Part shown: in pieces, positions 26,476 to 41,100 of the stretch
Layout of the letters: every line of letters starts with the position of its first letter
Numbering within the stretch: position 1 is the stretch's first letter
From: Auanema rhodensis
Lineage: Eukaryota > Animalia > Nematoda
DNA: 64,000 nt
Direction: 5' to 3'
Assembly (NCBI GenBank): GCA_964057225.1
Contig: OZ059900.1
Coordinates: 23,374,001 to 23,438,000 of the forward strand
Translations under genes and position numbers: made by a program
The notes under the pieces: model-generated
The model's input: the letters and a program-made list of their open reading frames with translations, nothing else
Told to the model about the DNA's origin: nothing
Database searches by the model: none

Positions 26476-29195
26476 GTCGTGAAAGTGGAACTAGACGTTG
26501 TACGAACAATTTTGAACTAGGTTTCATTAACATTGCATGAGTTTGAACACATGAAATCGTAAGTCAAAACCTTGTTTACAGCGAAATTTCCAAAAACTGG
26601 TTTTCCAGCATAATAAAATATTTCTCATGGGAAATACTGTGTTTTTGTATTTTTCTAGTGTTCAGCATGTAAAATGCTTCATTTTAGTATGTAACACGCT
26701 GAAATTCGTTGCATTTGACGACTCATATGAACAAAAATCGATTTAATCAATATTAGCCATAAGGGGCGTGCCCTCAGAATATGCTAATTTCCTTAATTTT
26801 CTAACCCCTGTTTTTTTGTCGTGAAAGTGGAACTAGACGTTGTACGAACAATTTTGAGCTAGGTTTCATTGACATTGCATGAGTTTGAACACATGAAATC
26901 GTAAGTCAAAACCTTGTTTACAGCGAAATTTCCAAAAACTGGTTTTCCAGCATAATAAAATATTTCTCGTGGGAAATACTGTGTTTTTGTATTTTTCTAG
27001 TGTTCAGCATGTAAAATGCTTCATTTTAGTATGTAACACGCTGAAATTCGTTGCATTTGACGACTCATATGAACAAAAATCGATTTAATCAATATTAGCC
27101 ATAAGGGGCGTGCCCTCAGAATATGCTAATTTCCTTAATTTTCTAACCCCTGTTTTTTTGTCGTGAAAGTGGAACTAGACGTTGTACGAACAATTTTGAG
27201 CTAGGTTTCATTGACATTGCATGAGTTTGAACACATGAAATCGTAAGTCAAAACCTTGTTCACAGCGAAATTTCCTAAAACTGGTTTTCCAGCATAATAA
27301 AATATTTCTCGTGGGAAATACTGTGTTTTTGTATTTTTCTAGTGTTCAGCATGTAAAATGCTTCATTTTAGTATGTAACACGCTGAAATTCGTTGCATTT
27401 GACGACTCATATGAACAAAAATCGATTTAATCAATATTAGCCATAAGGGGCGTGCCCTCAGAATATGCTAATTTCCTTAATTTTCTAACCCCTGTTTTTT
27501 TGTCGTGAAAGTGGAACTAGACGTTGTACGAACAATTTTGAACTAGGTTTCATTGACATTGCATGAGTTTGAACACATGAAATCGTAAGTCAAAACCTTG
27601 TTTACAGCGAAATTTCCTAAAACTGGTTTTCCAGCATAATAAAATATTTCTAATGGGAAATACTGTGTTTTTGTATTTTTCTAGTGTTCAGCATGTAAAA
27701 TGCTTCATTTTAGTATGTAACACGCTGAAATTCGTTGCATTTGACGACTCATATGAACAAAAATCGATTTAATCAATATTAGCCATAAGGGGCGTGCCCT
27801 CAGAATATGCTAATTTCCTTAATTTTCTAACCCCTGTTTTTTTGTCGTGAAAGTGGAACTGGACGTTGTACGAACAATTTTGAGCTAGGTTTCATTGACA
27901 TTGCATGAGTTTGAACACATGAAATCGTAAGTCAAAACCTTGTTTACAGCGAAATTTCCAAAAACTGGTTTTCCAGCATAATAAAATATTTCTCGTGGGA
28001 AATACTGTGTTTTTGTATTTTTCTAGTGTTCAGCATGTAAAATGCTTCATTTTAGTATGTAACACGCTGAAATTCGTTGCATTTGACGACTCATATGAAC
28101 AAAAATCGATTTAATCAATATTAGCCATAAGGGGCGTGCCCTCAGAATATGCTAATTTCCTTAATTTTCTAACCCCTGTTTTTTTGTCGTGAAAGTGGAA
28201 CTAGACGTTGTACGAACAATTTTGAACTAGGTTTCATTGACATTGCATGAGTTTGAACACATGAAATCGTAAGTCAAAACCTTGTTCACAGCGAAATTTC
28301 CTAAAACTGGTTTTCCAGCATAATAAAATATTTCTCGTGGGAAATACTGTGTTTTTGTATTTTTCTAGTGTTCAGCATGTAAAATGCTTCATTTTAGTAT
28401 GTAACACGCTGAAATTCGTTGCATTTGACGACTCATATGAACAAAAATCGATTTAATCAATATTAGCCATAAGGGGCGTGCCCTCAGAATATGCTAATTT
28501 CCTTAATTTTCTAACCCCTGTTTTTTTGTCGTGAAAGTGGAACTAGACGTTGTACGAACAATTTTGAACTAGGTTTCATTGACATTGCATGAGTTTGAAC
28601 ACATGAAATCGTAAGTCAAAACCTTGTTTACAGCGAAATTTCCTAAAACTGGTTTTCCAGCATAATAAAATATTTCTCATGGGAAATACTGTGTTTTTGT
28701 ATTTTTCTAGTGTTCAGCATGTAAAATGCTTCATTTTAGTATGTAACACGCTGAAATTCGTTGCATTTGACGACTCATATGAACAAAAATCGATTTAATC
28801 AATATTAGCCATAAGGGGCGTGCCCTCAGAATATGCTAATTTCCTTAATTTTCTAACCCCTGTTTTTTTGTCGTGAAAGTGGAACTAGACGTTGTACGAA
28901 CAATTTTGAGCTAGGTTTCGTTGACATTGCATGAGTTTGAACACATGAAATCGTAAGTCAAAACCTTGTTTACAGCGAAATTTCCAAAAACTGGTTTTCC
29001 AGCATAATAAAATATTTCTCATGGGAAATACTGTGTTTTTGTATTTTTCTAGTGTTCAGCATGTAAAATGCTTCATTTTAGTATGTAACAAGCTGAAATT
29101 CGCTGCATTTGACGACTCATATGAACAAAAATCGATTTAATCAATATTAGCCATAAGGGGCGTGCCCTCAGAATATGCTAATTTCCTTAATTTTC

Positions 29196-29227
29196 TAACC
29201 CCTGTTTTTTTTAACCCCTGTTTTTTT
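29196..29227 (-). repeat. Second copy of the same 16-bp intra-monomer duplication
   Basis: Units lie at 29196-29211 and 29212-29227, 2752 bp (8x342+16) from the first copy, with the same linked SNPs (AACAAGCTG, TTCGCTGCA). Confidence 0.97.
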
Positions 29228-32200
29228 GTCGTGAAAGTGGAACTAGACGTTGTACGAACAATTTTGAACTAGGTTTCATTGACATTGCATGAGTTTGAAC
29301 ACATGAAATCGTAAGTCAAAACCTTGTTTACAGCGAAATTTCCAAAAACTGGTTTTCCAGCATAATAAAATATTTCTCGTGGGAAATACTGTGTTTTTGT
29401 ATTTTTCTAGTGTTCAGCATGTAAAATGCTTCATTTTAGTATGTAACACGCTGAAATTCGTTGCATTTGACGACTCATATGAACAAAAATCGATTTAATC
29501 AATATTAGCCATAAGGGGCGTGCCCTCAGAATATGCTAATTTCCTTAATTTTCTAACCCCTGTTTTTTTGTCGTGAAAGTGGAACTAGACGTTGTACGAA
29601 CAATTTTGAGCTAGGTTTCATTGACATTGCATGAGTTTGAACACATGAAATCGTAAGTCAAAACCTTGTTCACAGCGAAATTTCCTAAAACTGGTTTTCC
29701 AGCATAATAAAATATTTCTCGTGGGAAATACTGTGTTTTTGTATTTTTCTAGTGTTCAGCATGTAAAATGCTTCATTTTAGTATGTAACACGCTGAAATT
29801 CGTTGCATTTGACGACTCATATGAACAAAAATCGATTTAATCAATATTAGCCATAAGGGGCGTGCCCTCAGAATATGCTAATTTCCTTAATTTTCTAACC
29901 CCTGTTTTTTTGTCGTGAAAGTGGAACTAGACGTTGTACGAACAATTTTGAACTAGGTTTCATTGACATTGCATGAGTTTGAACACATGAAATCGTAAGT
30001 CAAAACCTTGTTTACAGCGAAATTTCCTAAAACTGGTTTTCCAGCATAATAAAATATTTCTAAAGGGAAATACTGTGTTTTTGTATTTTTCTAGTGTTCA
30101 GCATGTAAAATGCTTCATTTTAGTATGTAACACGCTGAAATTCGTTGCATTTGACGACTCATATGAACAAAAATCGATTTAATCAATATTAGCCATAAGG
30201 GGCGTGCCCTCAGAATATGCTAATTTCCTTAATTTTCTAACCCCTGTTTTTTTGTCGTGAAAGTGGAACTAGACGTTGTACGAACAATTTTGAGCTAGGT
30301 TTCATTGACATTGCATGAGTTTGAACACATGAAATCGTAAGTCAAAACCTTGTTTACAGCGAAATTTCCAAAAACTGGTTTTCCAGCATAATAAAATATT
30401 TCTCGTGGGAAATACTGTGTTTTTGTATTTTTCTAGTGTTCAGCATGTAAAATGCTTCATTTTAGTATGTAACACGCTGAAATTCGTTGCATTTGACGAC
30501 TCATATGAACAAAAATCGATTTAATCAATATTAGCCATAAGGGGCGTGCCCTCAGAATATGCTAATTTCCTTAATTTTCTAACCCCTGTTTTTTTGTCGT
30601 GATAGTGGAACTAGACGTTGTACGAACAATTTTGAACTAGGTTTCATTGACATTGCATGAGTTTGAACACATGAAATCGTAAGTCAAAACCTTGTTCACA
30701 GCGAAATTTCCTAAAACTGGTTTTCCAGCATAATAAAATATTTCTCGTGGGAAATACTGTGTTTTTGTATTTTTCTAGTGTTCAGCATGTAAAATGCTTC
30801 ATTTTAGTATGTAACACGCTGAAATTCGTTGCATTTGACGACTCATATGAACAAAAATCGATTTAATCAATATTAGCCATAAGGGGCGTGCCCTCAGAAT
30901 ATGCTAATTTCCTTAATTTTCTAACCCCTGTTTTTTTGTCGTGAAAGTGGAACTAGACGTTGTACGAACAATTTTGAACTAGGTTTCATTGACATTGCAT
31001 GAGTTTGAACACATGAAATCGTAAGTCAAAACCTTGTTTACAGCGAAATTTCCTAAAACTGGTTTTCCAGCATAATAAAATATTTCTCGTGGGAAATACT
31101 GTGTTTTTGTATTTTTCTAGTGTTCAGCATGTAAAATGCTTCATTTTAGTATGTAACACGCTGAAATTCGTTGCATTTGACGACTCATATGAACAAAAAT
31201 CGATTTAATCAATATTAGCCATAAGGGGCGTGCCCTCAGAATATGCTAATTTCCTTAATTTTCTAACCCCTGTTTTTTTGTCGTGAAAGTGGAACTAGAC
31301 GTTGTACGAACAATTTTGAACTAGGTTTCATTGACATTGCATGAGTTTGAACACATGAAATCGTAAGTCAAAACCTTGTTCACAGCGAAATTTCCAAAAA
31401 CTGGTTTTCCAGCATAATAAAATATTTCTAATGGGAAATACTGTGTTTTTGTTTTTTTCTAGTGTTCAGCATGTAAAATGCTTCATTTTAGTATGTAACA
31501 CGCTGAAATTCGTTGCATTTGACGACTCATATGAACAAAAATCGATTTAATCAATATTAGCCATAAGGGGCGTGCCCTCAGAATATGCTAATTTCCTTAA
31601 TTTTCTAACCCCTGTTTTTTTGTCGTGAAAGTGGAACTAGACGTTGTACGAACAATTTTGAACTAGGTTTCATTGACATTGCATGAGTTTGAACACATGA
31701 AATCGTAAGTCAAAACCTTGTTTACAGCGAAATTTCCAAAAACTGGTTTTCCAGCATAATAAAATATTTCTCATGGGAAATACTGTGTTTTTGTATTTTT
31801 CTAGTGTTCAGCATGTAAAATGCTTCATTTTAGTATGTAACACGCTGAAATTCGTTGCATTTGACGACTCATATGAACAAAAATCGATTTAATCAATATT
31901 AGCCATAAGGGGCGTGCCCTCAGAATATGCTAATTTCCTTAATTTTCTAACCCCTGTTTTTTTGTCGTGAAAGTGGAACTAGACGTTGTACGAACAATTT
32001 TGAGCTAAGTTTCATTGACATTGCATGAGTTTGAACACATGAAATCGTAAGTCAAAACCTTGTTTACAGCGAAATTTCCAAAAACTGGTTTTCCTGCATA
32101 ATAAAATATTTCTCGTGGGAAATACTGTGTTTTTGTATTTTTCTAGTGTTCAGCATGTAAAATGCTTCATTTTAGTATGTAACACGCTGGAATTCGTTGC

Positions 32201-33359
32201 ATTTGACGACTCATATGAACAAAAATCGATTTAATCAATATTAGCCATAAGGGGCGTGCCCTCAGAATATGCTAATTTCCTTAATTTTCTAACCCCTGTT
32301 TTTTTGTCGTGAAAGTGGAACTAGACGTTGTACGAACAATTTTGAACTAGGTTTCATTGACATTGCATGAGTTTGAACACATGAAATCGTAAGTCAAAAC
32401 CTTGTTTACAGCGAAATTTCCAAAAACTGGTTTTCCAGCATAATAAAATATTTCTCATGGGAAATACTGTGTTTTTGTATTTTTCTAGTGTTCAGCATGT
32501 AAAATGCTTCATTTTAGTATGTAACACGCTGAAATTCGTTGCATTTGACGACTCATATGAACAAAAATCGATTTAATCAATATTAGCCATAAGGGGCGTG
32601 CCCTCAGAATATGCTAATTTCCTTAATTTTCTAACCCCTGTTTTTTTGTCGTGAAAGTGGAACTAGACGTTGTACGAACAATTTTAAGCTAGGTTTCATT
32701 GACATTGCATGAGTTTGAACACATGAAATCGTAAGTCAAAACCTTGTTTACAGCGAAATTTCCAAAAACTGGTTTTCCTGCATAATAAATCATTTCTCGT
32801 GGGAAATACTGTGTTTTTGTCTTTTTCTAGTGTTCAGCATGTAAAATGCTTCATTTTAGTATGTAACACGCTGGAATTCGTTGCATTTGACGACTCATAT
32901 GAACAAAAATCGATTTAATCAATATTAGCCATAAGGGGCGTGCCCTCAGAATATGCTAATTTCCTTAATTTTCTAACCCCTGTTTTTTTGTCGTGAAAGT
33001 GGAACTAGACGTTGTACGAACAATTTTGAACTAGGTTTCATTGACATTGCATGAGTTTGAACACATGAAATCGTAAGTCAAAACCTTGTTTACAGCGAAA
33101 TTTCCAAAAACTGGTTTTCCAGCATAATAAAATATTTCTAATGGGAAATACTGTGTTTTTGTATTTTTCTAGTGTTCAGCATGTAAAATGCTTCATTTTA
33201 GTATGTAACACGCTGAAATTCGTTGCATTTGACGACTCATATGAACAAAAATCGATTTAATCAATATTAGCCATAAGGGGCGTGCCCTCAGAATATGCTA
33301 ATTTCCTTAATTTTCTAACCCCTGTTTTTTTGTCGTGAAAGTGGAACTAGACGTTGTAC

Positions 33360-36300
33360 GAACAATTTTAAACTAGGTTTCATTGACATTGCATGAGTTT
33401 GAACACATGAAATCGTAAGTCAAAACCTTGTTTACAGCGAAATTTCCAAAAACTGATTTTCCAGCATAATAAAATATTTCTCATGGGAAATACTGTGTTT
33501 TTGTGTTTTTCTAGTGTTCAGCATGTAAAATGCTTTATTTTAGTATGTAACACGCTGGAATTCGTTGCATTTGACGACTTATATGAACAAAAATCGATTT
33601 AATCAATATTAGCCATAAGGGGCGTGCCCTCAGAATATGCTAATTTCCTTAATTTTCTAACCCCTGTTTTTTTGTCGTGAAAGTGGAACTAGACGTTGTA
33701 CGAACAATTTTGAACTAGGTTTCATTGACATTGCATGAGTTTGAACACATGAAATCGTAAGTCAAAACCTTGTTTACAGCGAAATTTCCAAAAACTGGTT
33801 TTCCAGCATAATAAAATATTTCTAATGGGAAATACTGTGTTTTTGTATTTTTCTAGTGTTCAGCATGTAAAATGCTTCATTTTAGTATGTAACACGCTGA
33901 AATTCGTTGCATTTGACGACTCATATGAACAAAAATCGATTTAATCAATATTAGCCATAAGGGGCGTGCCCTCAGAATATGCTAATTTCCTTAATTTTCT
34001 AACCCCTGTTTTTTTGTCGTGAAAGTGGAACTAGACGTTGTACGAACAATTTTGAACTAGGTTTCATTGACATTGCATGAGTTTGAACACATGAAATCGT
34101 AAGTCAAAACCTTGTTTACAGCGAAATTTCCAAAAACTGATTTTCCAGCATAATAAAATATTTCTCATGGGAAATACTGTGTTTTTGTGTTTTTCTAGTG
34201 TTCAGCATATAAAATGCTTCATTTTAGTATGTAACACGCTGAAATTCGTTGCATTTGACGACTCATATGAACAAAAATCGATTTAATCAATATTAGCCAT
34301 AAGGGGCGTGCCCTCAGAATATGCTAATTTCCTTAATTTTCTAACCCCTGTTTTTTTGTCGTGAAAGTGGAACTAGACGTTGTACGAACAATTTTGAGCT
34401 AGGTTTCATTGACATTGCATGAGTTTGAACACATGAAATCGTAAGTCAAAACCTTGTTTACAGCGAAATTTCCAAAAACTGGTTTTCCAGCATAATAAAA
34501 TATTTCTCATGGGAAATACTGTGTTTTTGTATTTTTCTAGTGTTCAGCATGTAAAATGCTTCATTTTAGTATGTAACACGCTGAAATTCGTTGCATTTGA
34601 CGACTCATATGAACAAAAATCGATTTAATCAATATTAGCCATAAGGGGCGTGCCCTCAGAATATGCTAATTTCCCTAATTTTCTAACCCCTGTTTTTTTG
34701 TCGTGAAAGTGGAACTAGACGTTGTACGAACAATTTTGAGCTAGGTTTCATTGACATTGCATGAGTTTGAACACATGAAATCGTAAGTCAAAACCTTGTT
34801 TACAGCGAAATTTCCAAAAACTGGTTTTCCAGCATAATGAAATATTTCTCATGGGAAATACTGTGTTTTTGTATTTTTCTAGTGTTCAGCATGTAAAATG
34901 CTTCATTTTAGTATGTAACACGCTGAAATTCGTTGCATTTGACGACTCATATGAACAAAAATCGATTTAATCAATATTAGCCATAAGGGGCGTGCCCTCA
35001 GAATATGCTAATTTCCTTAATTTTCTAACCCCTGTTTTTTTGTCGTGAAAGTGGAACTAGACGTTGTACGAACAATTTTAAACTAGGTTTCATTGACATT
35101 GCATGAGTTTGAACACATGAAATCGTAAGTCAAAACCTTGTTTACAGCGAAATTTCCAAAAACTGATTTTCCAGCATAATAAAATATTTCTCATGGGAAA
35201 TACTGTGTTTTTGTGTTTTTCTAGTGTTCAGCATGTAAAATGCTTTATTTTAGTATGTAACACGCTGGAATTCGTTGCATTTGACGACTTATATGAACAA
35301 AAATCGATTTAATCAATATTAGCCATAAGGGGCGTGCCCTCAGAATATGCTAATTTCCTTAATTTTCTAACCCCTGTTTTTTTGTCGTGAAAGTGGAACT
35401 AGACGTTGTACGAACAATTTTGAACTAGGTTTCATTGACATTGCATGAGTTTGAACACATGAAATCGTAAGTCAAAACCTTGTTTACAGCGAAATTTCCA
35501 AAAACTGGTTTTCCAGCATAATAAAATATTTCTAATGGGAAATACTGTGTTTTTGTATTTTTCTAGTGTTCAGCATGTAAAATGCTTCATTTTAGTATGT
35601 AACACGCTGAAATTCGTTGCATTTGACGACTCATATGAACAAAAATCGATTTAATCAATATTAGCCATAAGGGGCGTGCCCTCAGAATATGCTAATTTCC
35701 TTAATTTTCTAACCCCTGTTTTTTTGTCGTGAAAGTGGAACTAGACGTTGTACGAACAATTTTGAACTAGGTTTCATTGACATTGCATGAGTTTGAACAC
35801 ATGAAATCGTAAGTCAAAACCTTGTTTACAGCGAAATTTCCAAAAACTGATTTTCCAGCATAATAAAATATTTCTCATGGGAAATACTGTGTTTTTGTGT
35901 TTTTCTAGTGTTCAGCATATAAAATGCTTCATTTTAGTATGTAACACGCTGAAATTCGTTGCATTTGACGACTCATATGAACAAAAATCGATTTAATCAA
36001 TATTAGCCATAAGGGGCGTGCCCTCAGAATATGCTAATTTCCTTAATTTTCTAACCCCTGTTTTTTTGTCGTGAAAGTGGAACTAGACGTTGTACGAACA
36101 ATTTTGAGCTAGGTTTCATTGACATTGCATGAGTTTGAACACATGAAATCGTAAGTCAAAACCTTGTTTACAGCGAAATTTCCAAAAACTGGTTTTCCAG
36201 CATAATAAAATATTTCTCATGGGAAATACTGTGTTTTTGTATTTTTCTAGTGTTCAGCATGTAAAATGCTTCATTTTAGTATGTAACACGCTGAAATTCG

Positions 36301-36780
36301 TTGCATTTGACGACTCATATGAACAAAAATCGATTTAATCAATATTAGCCATAAGGGGCGTGCCCTCAGAATATGCTAATTTCCCTAATTTTCTAACCCC
36401 TGTTTTTTTGTCGTGAAAGTGGAACTAGACGTTGTACGAACAATTTTGAGCTAGGTTTCATTGACATTGCATGAGTTTGAACACATGAAATCGTAAGTCA
36501 AAACCTTGTTTACAGCGAAATTTCCAAAAACTGGTTTTCCAGCATAATGAAATATTTCTCATGGGAAATACTGTGTTTTTGTATTTTTCTAGTGTTCAGC
36601 ATGTAAAATGCTTCATTTTAGTATGTAACACGCTGAAATTCGTTGCATTTGACGACTCATATGAACAAAAATCGATTTAATCAATATTAGCCATAAGGGG
36701 CGTGCCCTCAGAATATGCTAATTTCCTTAATTTTCTAACCCCTGTTTTTTTGTTGTGAAAGTGGAACTAGACGTTGTACG
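33360..36780 (-). repeat. 5-mer block duplication (1710-bp period)
   Basis: Paired private variants are 1710 bp apart: 33370/35080, 33580/35290, 34209/35919, 34675/36385 and 34839/36549. Confidence 0.92.
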
Positions 36781-38162
36781 AACAATTTTGAACTAGGTTT
36801 CATTGACATTGCATGAGTTTGAACACATGAAATCGTAAGTCAAAACCTTGTTTACAGCGAAATTTCCAAAAACTGGTTTTCCAGCATAATAAAATATTTC
36901 TCATGGGAAATACTGTGTTTTTGTATTTTTCTAGTGTTCAGCATGTAAAATGCTGCATTTTAGTATGTAACACGCTGAAATTCGTTGCATTTGACGACTC
37001 ATATGAACAAAAATCGATTTAATCAATATTAGCCATAAGGGGCGTGCCCTCAGAATATGCTAATTTCCTTAATTTTCTAATCCCTGTTTTTTTGTCGTGA
37101 AAGTGGAACTAGACGTTGTACGAACAATTTTGAGCTAGGTTTCATTGACATTGCATGAGTTTGAACACATGAAATCATAAGTCAAAACCTTGTTTACAGC
37201 GAAATTTCCAAAAACTGGTTTTCCAGCATAATAAAATATTTCTCATAAAAAATACTGTGTTTTTGTATTTTTCTAGGGTTCAGCATGTAAAATGCTTCAT
37301 TTTAGTATGTAACACGCTGAAATTCGTTGCATTTGACGACTCATATGAACAAAAATCGATTTAATCAATATTAGCCATAAGGGGCGTGCCCTCAGAATAT
37401 GCTAATTTCCTTAATTTTCTAACCCCTGTTTTTTTGTCGTGAAAGTGGAACTAGACATTGTACGAACAATTTTGAACTAGGTTTTATTGACATTGCATGA
37501 GTTTGAACACATGAAATCGTAAGTCAAAACCTTGTTTACAGCGAAATTTCCAAAAACTGGTTTTCCAGCATAATAAAATATTTCTAATGGGAAATACTGT
37601 GTTTTTGTATTTTTCTAGTGTTCAGCATGTAAAATGCTTCATTTTAGTATGTAACACGCTGAAATTCGTTGCATTTGACGACTCATATGAACAAAAATCG
37701 ATTTAATCAATATTAGCCATAAGGGGCGTGCCCTCAGAATATGCTAATTTCCTTAATTTTCTAACCCCTGTTTTTTTGTCGTGAAAGTGGAACTAGACGT
37801 TGTACGAACAATTTTGAACTAGGTTTCATTGACATTGCATGAGTTTGAACACATGAAATCGTAAGTCAAAACCTTGTTTACAGCGAAATTTCCAAAAACT
37901 GGTTTTCCAGCATAATAAAATATTTCTCATGGGAAATACTGTGTTTTTGTATTTTTCTAGTGTTCAGCATGTAAAATGTTTCATTTTAGTATGTAACACG
38001 CTGAAATTCGTTGCATTTGACGACTCATATGAACAAAAATCGATTTAATCAATATTAGCCATAAGGGGCGTGCCCTCAGAATATGCTAATTTCCTTAATT
38101 TTCTAACCCCTGTTTTTTTGTCGTGAAAGTGGAACTAGACGTTGTACGAACAATTTTGAGCT

Positions 38163-41100
38163 AGGTTTCATTGACATTGCATGAGTTTGAACACATGAAA
38201 TCGTAAGTCAAAACCTTGTTTACAGCGAAATTTCCAAAAACTGGTTTTCCAGCATAATAAAATATTTCTCGTGGGAAATACTGTGTTTTTGTATTTTTCT
38301 AGTGTTCAGCATGTAAAATGCTTCATTTTAGTATGTAACACGCTGAAATTCGTTGCATTTGACGACTCATATGAACAAAAATCGATTTAATCAATATTAG
38401 CCATAAGGGGCGTGCTCTCAGAATATGCTAATTTCCTTAATTTTCTAACCCCTGTTTTTTTGTCGTGAAAGTGGAACTAGACGTTGTACGAACAATTTTG
38501 AACTAGGTTTCATTGACATTGCATGAGTTTGAACACATGAAATCGTAAGTCAAAACCTTGTTTACAGCGAAATTTCCAAAAACTGGTTTTCCAGCATAAT
38601 AAAATATTTCTCGTGGGAAATACTGTGTTTTTGTATTTTTCTAGTGTTCAGCATGTAAAATGCTTCATTTTAGTATGTAACACGCTGAAATTCGTTGCAT
38701 TTGACGACTCATATGAACAAAAATCGATTTAATCAATATTAGCCATAAGGGGCGTGCCCTCAGAATATGCTAATTTCCTTAATTTTCTAACCCCTGTTTT
38801 TTTGTCGTGAAAGTGGAACTAGACGTTGTACGAACAATTTTGAGCTAGGTTTCATTGACATTGCATGAGTTTGAACACATGAAATCGTAAGTCAAAACCT
38901 TGTTTACAGCGAAATTTCCAAAAACTGGTTTTCCAGCATAATAAAATATTTCTCGTGGGAAATACTGTGTTTTTGTATTTTTCTAGTGTTCAGCATGTAA
39001 AATGCATCATTTTAGTATGTAACACGCTGAAATTCGTTGCATTTGACGACTCATATGAACAAAAATCGATTTAATCAATATTAGCCATAAGGGGCGTGCC
39101 CTCAGAATATGCTAATTTCCTTAATTTTCTAACCCCTGTTTTTTTGTCGTGAAAGTGGAACTAGACGTTGTACGAACAATTTTGAACTAGGTTTCATTGA
39201 CATTGCATGAGTTTGAACACATGAAATCGTAAGTCAAAACCTTGTTTACAGCGAAATTTCCTAAAACTGGTTTTCCAGCATAATAAAATATTTCTAATGG
39301 GAAATACTGTGTTTTTGTATTTTTCTAGTGTTCAGCATGTAAAATGCTTCATTTTAGTATGTAACACGCTGAAATTCGTTGCATTTGACGACTCATATGA
39401 ACAAAAATCGATTTAATCAATATTAGCCATAAGGGGCGTGCCCTCAGAATATGCTAATTTCCTTAATTTTCTAACCCCTGTTTTTTTGTCGTGAAAGTGG
39501 AACTAGACGTTGTACGAACAATTTTGAGCTAGGTTTCATTGACATTGCATGAGTTTGAACACATGAAATCGTAAGTCAAAACCTTGTTTACAGCGAAATT
39601 TCCAAAAACTGGTTTTCCAGCATAATAAAATATTTCTCGTGGGAAATACTGTGTTTTTGTATTTTTCTAGTGTTCAGCATGTGAAATGCTTCATTTTAGT
39701 ATGTAACACGCTGAAATTCGTTGCATTTGACGACTCATATGAACAAAAATCGATTTAATCAATATTAGCCATAAGGGGCGTGCCCTCAGAATATGCTAAT
39801 TTCCTTAATTTTCTAACCCCTGTTTTTTTGTCGTGAAAGTGGAACTAGACGTTGTACGAACAATTTTGAACTAGGTTTCATTGACATTGCATGAGTTTGA
39901 ACACATGAAATCGTAAGTCAAAACCTTGTTTACAGCGAAATTTCCAAAAACTGGTTTTCCAGCATAATAAAATATTTCTAATGGGAAATACTGTGTTTTT
40001 GTATTTTTCTAGTGTTCAGCATGTAAAATGATTCATTTTAGTATGTAACACGCTGAAATTCGTTGCATTTGACGACTCATATGAACAAAAATCGATTTAA
40101 TCAATATTCGCCATAAGGGGCGTGCCCTCAGAATATGCTAATTTCCTTAATTTTCTAACCCCTGTTTTTTTGTCGTGAAAGTGGAACTAGACGTTGTACG
40201 AACAATTTTGAACTAGGTTTCATTGACATTGCATGAGTTTGAACACATGAAATCGTAAGTCAAAACCTTGTTTACAGCGAAATTTCCAAAAACTGGTTTT
40301 CCAGCATAATAAAATATTTCTCATGGGAAATACTGTGTTTTTGTATTTTTCTAGTGTTCAGCATGTAAAATGCTTCATTTTAGTATGTAACACGCTGAAA
40401 TTCGTTGCATTTGACGACTCATATGAACAAAAATCGATTTAATCAATATTAGCCATAAGGGGCGTGCCCTCAGAATATGCTAATTTCCTTAATTTTCTAA
40501 CCCCTGTTTTTTTGTCGTGAAAGTGGAACTAGACGTTGTACGAACAATTTTGAGCTAGGTTTCATTGACATTGCATGAGTTTGAACACATGAAATCGTAA
40601 GTCAAAACCTTGTTTACAGCGAAATTTCCAAAAACTGGTTTTCCAGCATAATAAAATATTTCTCGTGGGAAATACTGTGTTTTTGTATTTTTCTAGTGTT
40701 CAGCATGTAAAATGCTTCATTTTAGTATGTAACACGCTGAAATTCGTTGCATTTGACGACTCATATGAACAAAAATCGATTTAATCAATATTAGCCATAA
40801 GGGGCGTGCTCTCAGAATATGCTAATTTCCTTAATTTTCTAACCCCTGTTTTTTTGTCGTGAAAGTGGAACTAGACGTTGTACGAACAATTTTGAACTAG
40901 GTTTCATTGACATTGCATGAGTTTGAACACATGAAATCGTAAGTCAAAACCTTGTTTACAGCGAAATTTCCAAAAACTGGTTTTCCAGCATAATAAAATA
41001 TTTCTCGTGGGAAATACTGTGTTTTTGTATTTTTCTAGTGTTCAGCATGTAAAATGCTTCATTTTAGTATGTAACACGCTGAAATTCGTTGCATTTGACG

